A stretch of DNA of 64,000 nucleotides from Planctomycetota bacterium (GCA_044222185.1 JBGANV010000005.1:352001-416000); one strand, 5' to 3'. Positions 37,701 through 46,424 are shown, counted from the first letter of the stretch. Program-made: numbers and translations. The notes: generated by a model from the letters alone, not told the origin.

Positions 37701-40564
37701 ACCGCACGATCCTCAGCGGCACCGTCACCCAGTTCGCCAACGTCCTCGTGAAGGGAGCGGCCACGCTCTCTCATGAGTTCGCCGTCTCAGGACTGTTCCT
37801 CGATGTCCCCGGCACCATCATCGTCGAGGCCGGTGCCGCCATCGACGCGAGTGGGTACGGCAACACGGGCGGCGGCAACATCACGGCCGGCGGAAGCCAT
37901 GGCGGCCAGGGCGGCGGAGCCAGTGGCGCGGTCCACGGCTCCATCGCCAACCCCACGGACTTCGGGACCGGAGGCGGCATGGACTGCAACGCAGGCGGCC
38001 GCGGCGGTGGAGCCCTCCACCTGCGTTCAGCCTCGGGCCTCATCACCATCAACGGCGCCGTCCGCGCCAACGGGTTCAACGCGACGGGATGCAACGCCGG
38101 TGGTGGATCCGGCGGCAGCATCTGGATCGAAACGCCTCTCCTCACGGGTGCCGGTGCCATCACATCCAACGGCGGAAACGGTAACGGCGGTGGCGGCTGC
38201 GGCGGTGGCGGCGGCCGCATCGCGGTGTTCTCGCCGGTCCCGATCTCGGGCGTCGCGCTGACGGCGTTCGGTGGGAACGGAGTGCAGCGCGGCGGCGCCG
38301 GGACGATCGACGTCGTGTTGGCCGGCCAGCATGGAACGTTCGTCGTCGACAATGGTGGTTCGAGCGGGAACGTCACTCCGATCACCGGACCCGTAACCTT
38401 CGACGCCGATCTGATCGTCACGGGCGGCGCGACTCTCCAGATTCCCTCGGGAACGCTGACCTACCTCGGCAACGCCGTCCTCGGCACTGGCCAACTCTCG
38501 GGGTCGGGGACACTGGACGTCGATGGAAGCGTCACCTGCAACGGAATGGCTCTGGCGTCGACGCCGCCTTCCATCCGCTGCGGCGGCAACTGGACTGCGG
38601 ACGCCTCGTTCGCTCCGACCGGTGGCACCATCGAACTGGACGGTGCGGCGCCGAGCACCATCGGCGCGTCGACCTCGGGCGGCGTCGTCAAGTTCTTCAA
38701 CCTCGTCATCCGCAATGGCGTGCGTGGTGCGATGAACTCTCCCGTGGTGAGCGCATCGAGCATCCTGGTCGATGCCAGCGGAACGATCGACGTCGGCACC
38801 GGCCAGGCCCTGACGATCAATCGCGCGCCGGCCCCCACGACCGTCACGATCGACGGAGTCCTATCCGTCGGGACCGCGCAGCTGCTACTTGGCCCAACGA
38901 CGGCACTGAGCGTGACGGCCGCGGGAACCTTGCGGCTCCTGGGCTCGCCCTCGACACGTGCCACGGTGGCGGGCACCGCAGGCGGCGGCTTCGGGTTGAC
39001 GGTGAACGGAACCATCGCAGCCCGCAACTTCGCCGTGCGTGACGTGAACTCGAGCGGCGTCGTCATACCGGCGACCGCGACGATTGCCCCCTTCCCCAAC
39101 GACTTCCGTGGTGGAACGTTCGACCTGCGTGCGGGTGCGACGGCGGGTTCGACGCTCCTCGACATCCAGAGACCGGCGCCGACCACTCTCGCGTACCTGG
39201 ATTTCCGGAACACGCCGGGCGCCGCGGGCGTGACGAACGTCCGCTGCACGAGCGGTGCCCCGATCACGCTGAACAACTGGACGGGGCCATTCGGCGGTTC
39301 CGCGTTCGAGTCCGATCCGGGGAATCGAGTCACCTGGAACGCAGAACAGCACACGACGCTCGCATCGTTTCGAGCGCGTGGACTCGCCGAGAAGGCCGAC
39401 ATCGTCTGGACGACGTCGGTCGAGGTCGACGTCGCCGCGTTCATCGTCGAGCGCGCAAGCACGTCGCTTGGCCCATGGATGACGATCGCGAGTTTCTCTC
39501 CGGCGGGTCCATCGTTCTATGGGATGACCGACGCGGGCCTCACGGCAGGACAGACGTACTACTACCGCCTGTCCGAGCGGCTCACGCATGACCCGGTGAA
39601 CGAGCTCGCCACCGGCCAGGCGACGCCATACAGCTCCGCGCCACCCGCCAACGTCTTCAAGGTCGGCGCGGGCGGGCCCTACGCGACGATCCAATCGGCG
39701 ATCAGCGCCGCGACGGCCCCGACGTCGATCGTCTGGGTGACACCGGGTACGTACCCCGCGTTCATCGTCGACGGCAGTGCTCCGCCCAACCTGAAGGTGA
39801 TCGGCGGCGGATCGGGTCCCGTCATCATCGATACGACGGCTGCAGCGGTGCTGATCTCGGGCGTGCCGGCGGGTCGAACGGTCGAGATCGCGGCGCTCTC
39901 CATCGGTTCCACCACGTCAGGCCACGACGCCGTCGACATCGTCGGCTGCGGGGGCGCCATCGTCCTCGACGCCCTCACGGTGATCGGAGGCTCGGGAATG
40001 CGCGGAATCGACGTCGCCGCGTCGACCGGTGTGGCCATCCAGAGATCTCAGATGTCGGGGACTCCAGGCCTTCGGCTCGCGGGAGGGTCCAACGTCGCGG
40101 CAAGCCGTGGGTCGTTGGATGCTCTCGCAGTCATCACGGGATCGAGCCTCCAGGTCACCGATCTGGTGCCGGGTGCCGTCACGGTCGACGGGACTCAGAC
40201 CCTCGTCGCCAACGCGGGACTCATGCCCGACCTGAACCTCCCACGGTTCCCCTCGCTCGGCGCCTACGAATCGTTCGACCTGACGACGTTCCCGAACAGT
40301 GTCGTCCTGATCGGGATCTCGACGGGTGCGGGATTCATCGGAGGTCTTGCCCCGATCCAGATGCCGTTCCTTCTCGACCCGGCAAGTCTGGCGATCCTGC
40401 CGATCCTTGCGGCTGACGCCACCGGCCACCTCGGATTCGGGTTCGAGTTGGAACCGAACGTCGCACTCCTCGGATTGACGTTCGAAGTGCAGGTGACTTC
40501 ACAGGACCCGTCCACGGGCGTGATCCGATTCTCGAACCTCGCGACGATGGTGGGACTGCCGTGA
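31733..40564 (+). CDS. Giant (~2,940 aa) secreted surface protein/adhesin: N-terminal propeller-like region, IPT/TIG domains, tandem Gly-rich repeats, FN3-like domain, beta-helix, C-terminal sorting-like module
   Basis: Signal peptide MTRVLAGLWLLSVSTAAQA at ATG 31733; IPT motif (VTPSCGSTVGGTTITINGASF); repeated GGSHGG/GGRGGG/GGGSGGSIWI/GGRIAV modules; YYYRL FN3-like motif; YATIQSAI. Segment 35274-35570 is transiently frameshifted. Confidence 0.85.
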   Translation: MTRVLAGLWLLSVSTAAQATLVSSNVSTNPNYANIQFDFYTKYTARLAPDGLTAFVTATSNNRVQIAAETRTAIGQPFTTPSFIPELLAPNTSRMCITVTDGGRRMFFYDFDSTAGAEHWYVMETTRSSQAAQWGPAQQVWVFPAPSARFASFVTYFSNHVGTAPDDGLELFITLDPTCCTCQTAPYVLRRSSPGSPFTSFGQVTEFPSCGGYLDHVQALLCSPDGLTMLYSTGTSATMLFLRASRASAFVSTSSQIVTPGLNCMTVMSGTSDWRELLVWSQFSCLTPGYKLGRTTVNGLVNTGHLSSTSSADLVYRDLSAAPGTAAGGAIAWGFTPGTTSGGSTWPLTNDALFQQTYLTNLPGLTAGFLTALDSLGEAHAAVGPLPPQTEGDTFYCAFATLNASSPSASVVRMSNAIAIRMQPASAAAQVQHPCATGTGCTAPPVGPGPYGVQYGPPVVLPQGPLSFADAVHAPVQEGTYYSAASTFCNPCDALGAPDYDSGDPLQPGPGTGHVATQQHGAYSLGHRGSIELAFTDNALTNSGSSQPDLYVWEAGNHAEDFFVALHPADAYTTTVMAGTPPGLDTDGNFPLPLVTGPSFVHGIDIDQSLPGFSAGSLRFDRVKLKDSPGCPLPPCEPPTTSETQAGADIDAVAAVGFPPVSGPPPFVSLVTPSCGSTVGGTTITINGASFTVPGAVAAPTVAIGGFPAQVVSFTSTQIVAVTPPSLQIGNAVVTVTAPTGIATASAPFVYTAQPAISSVTLGQSCPVVGQPTAITITGTGFLPTCTTAFVNGSPIVGTSSGGPNITSTTLTGQFTAATAGPITISLLNPGWPVAQFGVPGFAANASDVVLTQPVTIDASNLGVFTNASVIVCNTTLTIATPTTLQSIALVAGSTLTHPAGITGGATVTVSGNAYIDAGSAVDVSGRGALSAASGSTGGSHGGLGGLAATNAAHGSIVAPMDCSAGGRGGGALQLIVTGTLTHNEVIRSNGANGTACNAGGGSGGSLWIQAASLTGLGTITANGGSGSGGVGGGGSGGRIAVISPANTSAFTYAVSGGAGLGGRGGAGTIYTQFNGATLGDLVVDNGGNAGNRTILNGTVTQFANVLVKGAATLSHEFAVSGLFLDVPGTIIVEAGAAIDASGYGNTGGGITAGGSHGGQGGGASGAVHGSIANPTDFGTGRHGLQRRRPRRWSPPPAFSLGPHHHQRRRPRQRVQRDGMQRRWWIRRHLDRNASPHGCRCHHPTAETVTAVAAAAVAAAASRCSRRSRSRRRVDCVRWNGVQKGGAGTIYTLIGAATIGDLVVDNGGTTVGNMTDVNVDGVINVFQNVAVHGGGVLMLSGTPVFASLVVDTSGIVTHLVGPASGLTLQVLGPATIASSGSVDVSGRGALSAASGSTGGSHGGLGGLAATNAAHGSIVAPVDLGSGGGMDCSAGGRGGGALQLIVTGTLTHNGVIRSNGANGTACNAGGGSGGSLWIQAASLTGLGTITANGGSGSGGGGGGGSGGRIAVISPANTSAFTYVVSGGAGVAGRGGAGTIYTQFNGATLGDLVVDNGGNAGNRTILSGTVTQFANVLVKGAATLSHEFAVSGLFLDVPGTIIVEAGAAIDASGYGNTGGGNITAGGSHGGQGGGASGAVHGSIANPTDFGTGGGMDCNAGGRGGGAIHLRSALGSITINGAVRANGFNATGCNAGGGSGGSIWIETPLLAGTGAITCNGGNGSGGNGNGGGGGRIAVFSPIPISGVALTAFGGNGVQKGGAGTIYTLIGAATIGDLVVDNGGTTVGNMTDVNVDGVINVFQNVAVHGGGVLMLSGTPVFASLVVDTSGIVTHLVGPASGLTLQVLGPMTIASSGSVDVSGRGALSAASGSTGGSHGGLGGLAATNAAHGSIVAPVDLGSGGGSGGSLWIQAASLTGLGTITANGGSGSGGVGGGGSGGRIAVISPANTSAFTYAVSGGAGLGGRGGAGTIYTQFNGATLGDLVVDNGGNAGNRTILSGTVTQFANVLVKGAATLSHEFAVSGLFLDVPGTIIVEAGAAIDASGYGNTGGGNITAGGSHGGQGGGASGAVHGSIANPTDFGTGGGMDCNAGGRGGGALHLRSASGLITINGAVRANGFNATGCNAGGGSGGSIWIETPLLTGAGAITSNGGNGNGGGGCGGGGGRIAVFSPVPISGVALTAFGGNGVQRGGAGTIDVVLAGQHGTFVVDNGGSSGNVTPITGPVTFDADLIVTGGATLQIPSGTLTYLGNAVLGTGQLSGSGTLDVDGSVTCNGMALASTPPSIRCGGNWTADASFAPTGGTIELDGAAPSTIGASTSGGVVKFFNLVIRNGVRGAMNSPVVSASSILVDASGTIDVGTGQALTINRAPAPTTVTIDGVLSVGTAQLLLGPTTALSVTAAGTLRLLGSPSTRATVAGTAGGGFGLTVNGTIAARNFAVRDVNSSGVVIPATATIAPFPNDFRGGTFDLRAGATAGSTLLDIQRPAPTTLAYLDFRNTPGAAGVTNVRCTSGAPITLNNWTGPFGGSAFESDPGNRVTWNAEQHTTLASFRARGLAEKADIVWTTSVEVDVAAFIVERASTSLGPWMTIASFSPAGPSFYGMTDAGLTAGQTYYYRLSERLTHDPVNELATGQATPYSSAPPANVFKVGAGGPYATIQSAISAATAPTSIVWVTPGTYPAFIVDGSAPPNLKVIGGGSGPVIIDTTAAAVLISGVPAGRTVEIAALSIGSTTSGHDAVDIVGCGGAIVLDALTVIGGSGMRGIDVAASTGVAIQRSQMSGTPGLRLAGGSNVAASRGSLDALAVITGSSLQVTDLVPGAVTVDGTQTLVANAGLMPDLNLPRFPSLGAYESFDLTTFPNSVVLIGISTGAGFIGGLAPIQMPFLLDPASLAILPILAADATGHLGFGFELEPNVALLGLTFEVQVTSQDPSTGVIRFSNLATMVGLP
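34496..38287 (+). repeat. Intragenic tandem repeat, ~1.4-kb unit, ~2.7 near-identical copies
   Basis: GTCGACGTCAGCGGCCGTGGCGCACTCAGC starts at 34496, 35876 and 37292 (spacings 1380 and 1416 bp). Copies 1 and 3 carry deletions relative to copy 2. Confidence 0.95.
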
Positions 40565-40695
40565 TGCTGGTGCGAGGTGAATCCGGCCGGCGTCGACGGC
40601 CGCCCACGCCTCGCCGATGCCGTGGCATAATCCCGCCCGCGCGTCGTGGGTCGCCAGGGGTCGTTGGCCCCTGGGGTCCCGCTCGCGCGGGCCGA

Positions 40696-41265
40696 ATGTC
40701 TGATGCGCTGATCCCGAGCCCTGAAGATGTCGTCCGCACGTTGAGCGACGGCCTGCCGCTCGACTCGGCCCAGCTTCTGCCGCTCGTCTATGGCCGCCTC
40801 CGACGATTCGCCGAGGCGTTGTTGGGCCGAAGCGCCGCCGGCTTCACGCTGAGCCCGACAGACCTGGTCCACTCCGCATACCTGAAGATTTGCGGATCGG
40901 GCGTCGTGACCTTTGAAAGCCGCTCCCACTTCTTCCGCGTCGCCGCCCGCGCCGTCCGCCAAGTGCTGAGTGACCATGCGCGACGCCGCAGCTCGCAAAA
41001 GCGGGGCGGCGGGAAGGCGGCACTCCCGGTGGAGGACACGATCCTCGGCGATGCGGTCCGCGACGAGACGCTCGTCCAGCTGGACGACCTCTTGAGTGAG
41101 CTCGCGGCGGCCGACGACGTGGCCGTGCGGATTCTCGAGCTCCGCTTCTTCGGCGGACTCTCCGTGGAGGAGATCGCGACGGTCCTCGGGGCGTCGAAGG
41201 CGACGGTCGAGCGGCGATACCGAGCGGCGAAGGCCTGGCTCGCCGCGGAAATGCACGCGACGTGA
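40696..41265 (+). CDS. ECF sigma-70 factor, kinase-associated (TIGR02999-like) type
   Basis: LLPLVYGRLRRFA, TLSPTDLVHSAYLK, SRSHFFRVAARAVRQVLSDHARRRSSQKRGG and ELRFFGGLSVEEIA; lies directly upstream of a Ser/Thr kinase. Confidence 0.92.
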   Translation: MSDALIPSPEDVVRTLSDGLPLDSAQLLPLVYGRLRRFAEALLGRSAAGFTLSPTDLVHSAYLKICGSGVVTFESRSHFFRVAARAVRQVLSDHARRRSSQKRGGGKAALPVEDTILGDAVRDETLVQLDDLLSELAAADDVAVRILELRFFGGLSVEEIATVLGASKATVERRYRAAKAWLAAEMHAT

Positions 41266-41286
41266 CGTCCGGGAGCACGAGCACAG

Positions 41287-43983
41287 ATGCCCGGTAGCTT
41301 CGACGCGAAGTCGACGCGCCGCCTGCTCGCCATCTTCGAAGACGTATGCGACCTGCCGGCCGCGGCGCGCGATGCCGCGCTTGCCGAGGCCTGCGGCAAC
41401 GATCACGTCCTGAGAACGCGCGTCGAACGGTTGCTCGACGAAGACCGCGGGTCACCCTGCAGGGAGGCAGTGTCGTCGTGGGACGAACTGCGCGCCGCCG
41501 TGCATCACATCGCCGCCGACGGTCCGACATCCCCGTCGTCGCAGGTGTTCCCTTCATTCCTCGGCGCCTATCGCCTGATCCGCAAGATCGGCGAAGGCGG
41601 CATGGGCGTCGTCTACGAAGCCGAGCAGCCGAGCCTCGCCCGCCACGTCGCCCTGAAGGTGATCCGAGGAGGGTGGCTCACACCCGGCGGCGTTCGACGC
41701 TTCCGGCGCGAGACGGACGCCCTCGGTCGCCTGGATCACCCGGGCATTGCGCGCATCTTCGAGGCGGGCACGACTCAATCGAATGGACAACCGCTCCCCT
41801 ATTTCGCGATGGAACTCGTCCACGGGGAGGCCATCGATCGCTACGTGACCTCGCACGCTCTGCGTCCGGTGGAGATCGTCCGCCAGATGATCGAGATCTG
41901 CCGAACCATCGACTACGCCCACCAGCGCGGTGTGATCCACCGGGACTTGAAGCCCGCGAACATCCTCGTCGACGCCGACGGGCACACCAAGATCATCGAC
42001 TTCGGAGTCGCGGTCGCACGCCCGGGGCCGGGCGAACAGCCACAGACCACCGCCACACTCGCCCCCTTCGCTGGCACGCTGGCATACACGAGTCCGGAGC
42101 AGGTCTCCGGCGTGGGAGACGGCGGAGACGCCCGTTCGGACATCTATGCGCTTGGGATGGTGTTGTTCGAACTCCTCGCGGGCCGCCCCGCCTTCGATCT
42201 CGCGGGGCGCGGCCTGCTGGACGCGCTGCGTGCGATCCGTGACGACGAGGTGCCCCGACTGAGGACTCTGGCACCGGGCATCCCAGCCGACCTCGAAGCG
42301 ATCGTCGCGAAGGCCACGGAGAAGCCGCGAGAGCGCCGTTATCAGTCTGCGCACGAGTTCGCCGACGACTTGCAGCGATACGTGGACGACGTCCCGGTCG
42401 CCGCGCGCGTCGGAGGAACGTGGTACGGACTGTGGAAGCTCGCGCGCCGCAACCGAAAGGCCGTGATCGCCGCGGCGGCCGTGCTCGTCGCGCTCCTCGC
42501 CGGCGCAACCGCGACGACGATCGCCTGGCAGGCCGCCCGGAAGGAGAAGGCGCTGCGATCGGAGCAGTACTCGGCCGCGCGCCAAGCCTTCACGGACCTG
42601 GTCCGCCAGATCACCAAGGGGGAAGAGAGCGCCGTCCAAGTCGGGTTCCGCCGACAGCTGCTGGACGCCATGCTTCGCCACATCGAGGACCTGTGTCGCG
42701 CCGATCCCAGCAACGCAGGTCTGACTGCATTGCGCGCCGAGGCGCTCGTTCGACTGGGTTCGGCGCAGCGCGAAGCGGGGGATTTCCGCGGAGCTCGCGT
42801 CAGCCAGGAGTCGGCGCTCGCCATTCGCCAGGAACTCGCGTCCGGCGGCACGCCTGAAGTCGCAGCGCGACGGGACCTCGCCGAAAGCGAAGTCAAGCTG
42901 GGGGATCTCGACAAGGAAACCGGCGCGATCATGGACGCGTTCGCGCAGTACGAGCACGCGCTCGCGTTGCACGAACGCCTCGCATCCGAGCATCCGGACG
43001 ATCTCGCAGTCATCGACGACCTGGCGTGGAGCCACGAGCGGATCGGGGCCCTCTGCATGACCCTCGGTGACTTGCGTGCTGCCGATCGACACTTCGAGCT
43101 GCGTCGAGGCCTGGTCGACCGGCTGGCACGTGAACGGCCCACCCAGGCCGAGGCCGTTCACGCGCAGTTCACCAGCGCTGAATATCGCGCGGGACTCTGC
43201 GACCTGCTCGGTGAGACCGAGGAGGCGCGCCGCCTGCGCCATGAAGCCCTCGCGCACGCCCAGCGCATGCTGGAGATGAAGCCCGACTATCCCTCGTTCG
43301 TCCATGCGGCGGACTCCGTGCGCGCGCAGCTCTTCGGCAGAGACAGTCGCCCGGAGTCGCGGATCGCGCCTCGCGACCCGATCGACCAGGCGCTCGTGCA
43401 CGCGGAGAGGCTCCAGCGCGAAGACCCGATCAACCCGTACCTCGCAACGATGCTCGGCAGCGCGCTTCGCGATGCCGCGATGCGGGACGAAGCGGAAGGC
43501 CTTTGGGCTCGCGCTCGCCAGCACGTGACCCGAGCCAACGACGTTCTCCGCTCCGCCCTCTCCATCGCACCCGAGAACGTGGAGGTGATGCACGCGGCCA
43601 TGACGACCCGTCTCCATCTGGCGGCGATCGAGAAGCAGGCCGGCAATTCCGAGGCGGCGCGCGCACTCGACGAGGAGGGGCGGACCCTCGCGACACGACT
43701 CGCCAGCATTTGCCCAAGTCCCCCGATCATCGCTGAGGTCGCCGCGCTGATGCTCGACCCACGCGTCACCGCGCCGGCCGATCCGCGAAGCGTCATCCGC
43801 ATGATCACCCAATCGCCGCCAGGCCGCCGACGACCGGGCTTCCACCTTCTGATGCTCCTGCGCCGCCTGCACGGTCAGACGGGAGACCGCGCCGCAGTGG
43901 CCGAGGACGAACGGGCGCTGCTCGAGGTGATTCCGGAACGCGACACGCCGCTTCGGCGCGAATTGCAGTCCGCAGCTCGATGA
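41287..43983 (+). CDS. Membrane Ser/Thr protein kinase with C-terminal TPR sensor region
   Basis: IGEGGMGVVY, VALK, HRDLKPAN, DFG and GTLAYTSPEQ; TM helix AVIAAAAVLVALLAGATATTIAW; TPR-like helices follow. Confidence 0.93.
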   Translation: MPGSFDAKSTRRLLAIFEDVCDLPAAARDAALAEACGNDHVLRTRVERLLDEDRGSPCREAVSSWDELRAAVHHIAADGPTSPSSQVFPSFLGAYRLIRKIGEGGMGVVYEAEQPSLARHVALKVIRGGWLTPGGVRRFRRETDALGRLDHPGIARIFEAGTTQSNGQPLPYFAMELVHGEAIDRYVTSHALRPVEIVRQMIEICRTIDYAHQRGVIHRDLKPANILVDADGHTKIIDFGVAVARPGPGEQPQTTATLAPFAGTLAYTSPEQVSGVGDGGDARSDIYALGMVLFELLAGRPAFDLAGRGLLDALRAIRDDEVPRLRTLAPGIPADLEAIVAKATEKPRERRYQSAHEFADDLQRYVDDVPVAARVGGTWYGLWKLARRNRKAVIAAAAVLVALLAGATATTIAWQAARKEKALRSEQYSAARQAFTDLVRQITKGEESAVQVGFRRQLLDAMLRHIEDLCRADPSNAGLTALRAEALVRLGSAQREAGDFRGARVSQESALAIRQELASGGTPEVAARRDLAESEVKLGDLDKETGAIMDAFAQYEHALALHERLASEHPDDLAVIDDLAWSHERIGALCMTLGDLRAADRHFELRRGLVDRLARERPTQAEAVHAQFTSAEYRAGLCDLLGETEEARRLRHEALAHAQRMLEMKPDYPSFVHAADSVRAQLFGRDSRPESRIAPRDPIDQALVHAERLQREDPINPYLATMLGSALRDAAMRDEAEGLWARARQHVTRANDVLRSALSIAPENVEVMHAAMTTRLHLAAIEKQAGNSEAARALDEEGRTLATRLASICPSPPIIAEVAALMLDPRVTAPADPRSVIRMITQSPPGRRRPGFHLLMLLRRLHGQTGDRAAVAEDERALLEVIPERDTPLRRELQSAAR

Positions 43984-44260
43984 ATGTCGACGCCGAGCCC
44001 GCACGACCGAAGCGGGGTCCGCAGGCGGCACGGCTCGACGACGACGGCGCATCCCCGCGTCGATCCAGGCCCGGCGAACGGCCGGGCGGGGCCCGTCATC
44101 TCGGCTCACCAACTTTTTTTTCCGGGGGCCTGTAATGCCGAGGCAACTCGACGCACCGGTAAGACTGTTGTGATCGGGGAACCGGTTGCAGTTGGAGCCG
44201 TCGAGCGACGGTTCGGCTGACCGGATCCTGCCCTCGATCCTCTCCCGACATGAGGTCGCC

Positions 44261-46369
44261 GTGAATACACGCATGGATCGCCGTCTGTTCGCAGTCGTCA
44301 TCGTGGCCGGACTGGGGCTTCTCGCCACGGCGCGGCTGATGACGAACACCTCCGGGCGGGGCGGCCGACCTTCGGCGGAAGCCGCGCCGACGCCGATGCG
44401 ACCGGAGTCCCGGCCGACGGTCGCGGCCGAGCGGATCACCGCAAACGCGTTCGCGTCGACGGAGAATGCCGCACTGCGTGGCCAGGCGACCTCCCTGACC
44501 GGTCGCGTGATCGACACCAGCGGCGTCCCGATCGAGGGCGCCCTCGTCGCAATCCACGCGGACCCGACCCGCGGACGCGGCACGCCCGCGGAGACGACGG
44601 CGCTCACCGAGACGATCTCGAACGAGGACGGCCGATTCACGTTCGACGGCATCCTCTGGAGCCAGGTCTACGCCTTGCGCGTGGAACACGACGGATTCCG
44701 CATCAAGCGCGTGCGGCCGATCCACGTGGACGACCCCGCATCGCTGAACCAGACGGTGACTCTCCAGCGCGGCGCTGACCTCACGGGGACCGTCCGGAGC
44801 GACGACCACACGCCGCTCGCCGACGTGGACGTCTCCGTGTTCGAGTCCATCGGTCCTTCAGCGCGCCCGACCCCTCTCTTCGAACGCCACGTCCGCACGG
44901 CCCGCGACGGAACGTTCCGCATCCCGGCGATCACGCCCGGCGTGAAGCGCCTCGTCGCGGAGAAGGCGGGATTCGCCACGGAGATCGTCGAAGAACACCG
45001 CTTCGGCGGAGCGGCGGACGAACCACCCGTCGAGATCATCCTCAGTCATGGCGAGACGGTCTGCGGTCGCGTCATCGATGCGATCGCGGGCGGCGGGCTC
45101 GCCGGCATCCGCATCGGGCTGCGCATGCGCGGCCCGTGGGCACCTCCATCCGGCGTGACGAAGCCCGACGCCGGAACGCCGGCATCCTCGCGCGCCGTCC
45201 CCGCCGGATCGTGCGAGCGCATCGACCCGCACGTCGTGATGAGCTCCGTCGGAGCCGACGACGGCGCGGCCCTGGTCTCGCGCTTTCCGGACGCGATCCG
45301 CTCGCGGGCCCTCTTCGATCTGTTCACCGTGTCCGGCGAGAACGGCGCGTTCAGGTTCACCGGCCTGTGCCGCGCCGAGTACGTCGCATTCATCGCCGAC
45401 GACACGGCGTCCCAGGGCACGGAGTGGATCGTCCACGCCGGAGAAACGGACGTGACGCTCGACATCGCGCCCGGCGGAACGGTGGCGGGCCGCGTCATCG
45501 ACGCTGACTCGGGCTCACCCGTGACCGGCTTCGCCATCGCCGCATCGTGCGCAGCGGAGTCGGGATTCGTGACCGGCGACAAGCGTCGTCAGCTCACGAG
45601 CCGTGACGGCCGCTTCCTCCTGCGGACGGCCGTCGGCGCTGCCGTGAACGTCTTCGTCTGGGCGAATGGGTTCACGGACGGCTACGCCGGCCCGTTCGAG
45701 ATCCGCCCGAACACCGCACTCGCCGACGTCACGATCGCCATGCACCGCGCCGCCCGCGTCCACGGACTCGTCACGGGGCCGCGCGGCGAGACCGTCCGGG
45801 GCGCGATCGTCACGCTCGTCGATCCGTTTCCAGCCGTCGAATCAGGCATGATCCGTTTCATGACGCGCCGCTCGCTCGGCGCCCTCGCGGGGCTGACGAC
45901 CCTCACGGACGACACGGGGAACTTCACGCTCTGCGGCGTCCCCGCCGGGGAGTTCGCGCTCCGCATCCGCCACGCGGAATTCGCCGAGTCGGAAACCCCG
46001 AGCTTCGTGTGCTCCGGCCGCGGAGACCACCAGGTGCAAGACACCACGCTGCATCGCGGCGCCGCACTCGAAGGCAAGGTGCTCGGCATGGAAGGCACGA
46101 CGACCCACGTGATCGTCCGCGGCATGTGGCCCAACGCGCCCATCCGCGAACTCGACGGCGCTGCCGGCACGACCCTCCGCTGCACCGGCCTGCCGGCCGG
46201 CACGTACCAGATCCTCACGTCGACGGGGCAGACACCGGACCCGGCGACGTTCCTGAAACAAGCTCGAACGGTCCCCACCATCGAGCTGCGCGACGGTGAA
46301 ACCACCACGGGATTGTTCTTCGGCGAAGCACCTCCGCAGGAGGCGCCGCCGCGGAGCAAGAACCGATAG
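44261..46369 (+). CDS. Membrane-anchored protein with multiple carboxypeptidase-regulatory-like (transthyretin-like beta-sandwich) domains
   Basis: N-terminal TM helix; repeated G.V.D..G.P..GA.V ... T..DG.F motifs; GTG 44261 after GAGGT. Confidence 0.82.
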   Translation: MNTRMDRRLFAVVIVAGLGLLATARLMTNTSGRGGRPSAEAAPTPMRPESRPTVAAERITANAFASTENAALRGQATSLTGRVIDTSGVPIEGALVAIHADPTRGRGTPAETTALTETISNEDGRFTFDGILWSQVYALRVEHDGFRIKRVRPIHVDDPASLNQTVTLQRGADLTGTVRSDDHTPLADVDVSVFESIGPSARPTPLFERHVRTARDGTFRIPAITPGVKRLVAEKAGFATEIVEEHRFGGAADEPPVEIILSHGETVCGRVIDAIAGGGLAGIRIGLRMRGPWAPPSGVTKPDAGTPASSRAVPAGSCERIDPHVVMSSVGADDGAALVSRFPDAIRSRALFDLFTVSGENGAFRFTGLCRAEYVAFIADDTASQGTEWIVHAGETDVTLDIAPGGTVAGRVIDADSGSPVTGFAIAASCAAESGFVTGDKRRQLTSRDGRFLLRTAVGAAVNVFVWANGFTDGYAGPFEIRPNTALADVTIAMHRAARVHGLVTGPRGETVRGAIVTLVDPFPAVESGMIRFMTRRSLGALAGLTTLTDDTGNFTLCGVPAGEFALRIRHAEFAESETPSFVCSGRGDHQVQDTTLHRGAALEGKVLGMEGTTTHVIVRGMWPNAPIRELDGAAGTTLRCTGLPAGTYQILTSTGQTPDPATFLKQARTVPTIELRDGETTTGLFFGEAPPQEAPPRSKNR

Positions 46370-46424
46370 GAATCCGCAACCGGAGCCACACCCGGCTCCA
46401 CTCGATCCACAAGGAGTCACGCTC

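Noticed and set aside
34496-38287. Repeats as a CRISPR array, mobile-element duplication or diversity-generating retroelement TR/VR pair
   Set aside because: Units are ~1.4 kb in-frame coding repeats without spacers or terminal inverted repeats, the differences are not adenine-specific, and no cas, transposase or reverse transcriptase gene is present.
44070-44121. Rho-independent terminator after the kinase gene
   Set aside because: The hairpin (CCCGGC-gaacg-GCCGGG) is about 25 nt from the T8 tract, too far for a canonical terminator.
41554-44652. 1032-aa minus-strand ORF and other long Arg-rich ORFs (16103..18457 +, 12675..14432 +, 57715..59427 -, 61669..63177 -)
   Set aside because: They lie opposite well-supported genes and have no motifs. 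Long stop-free shadow frames are expected at this GC content.
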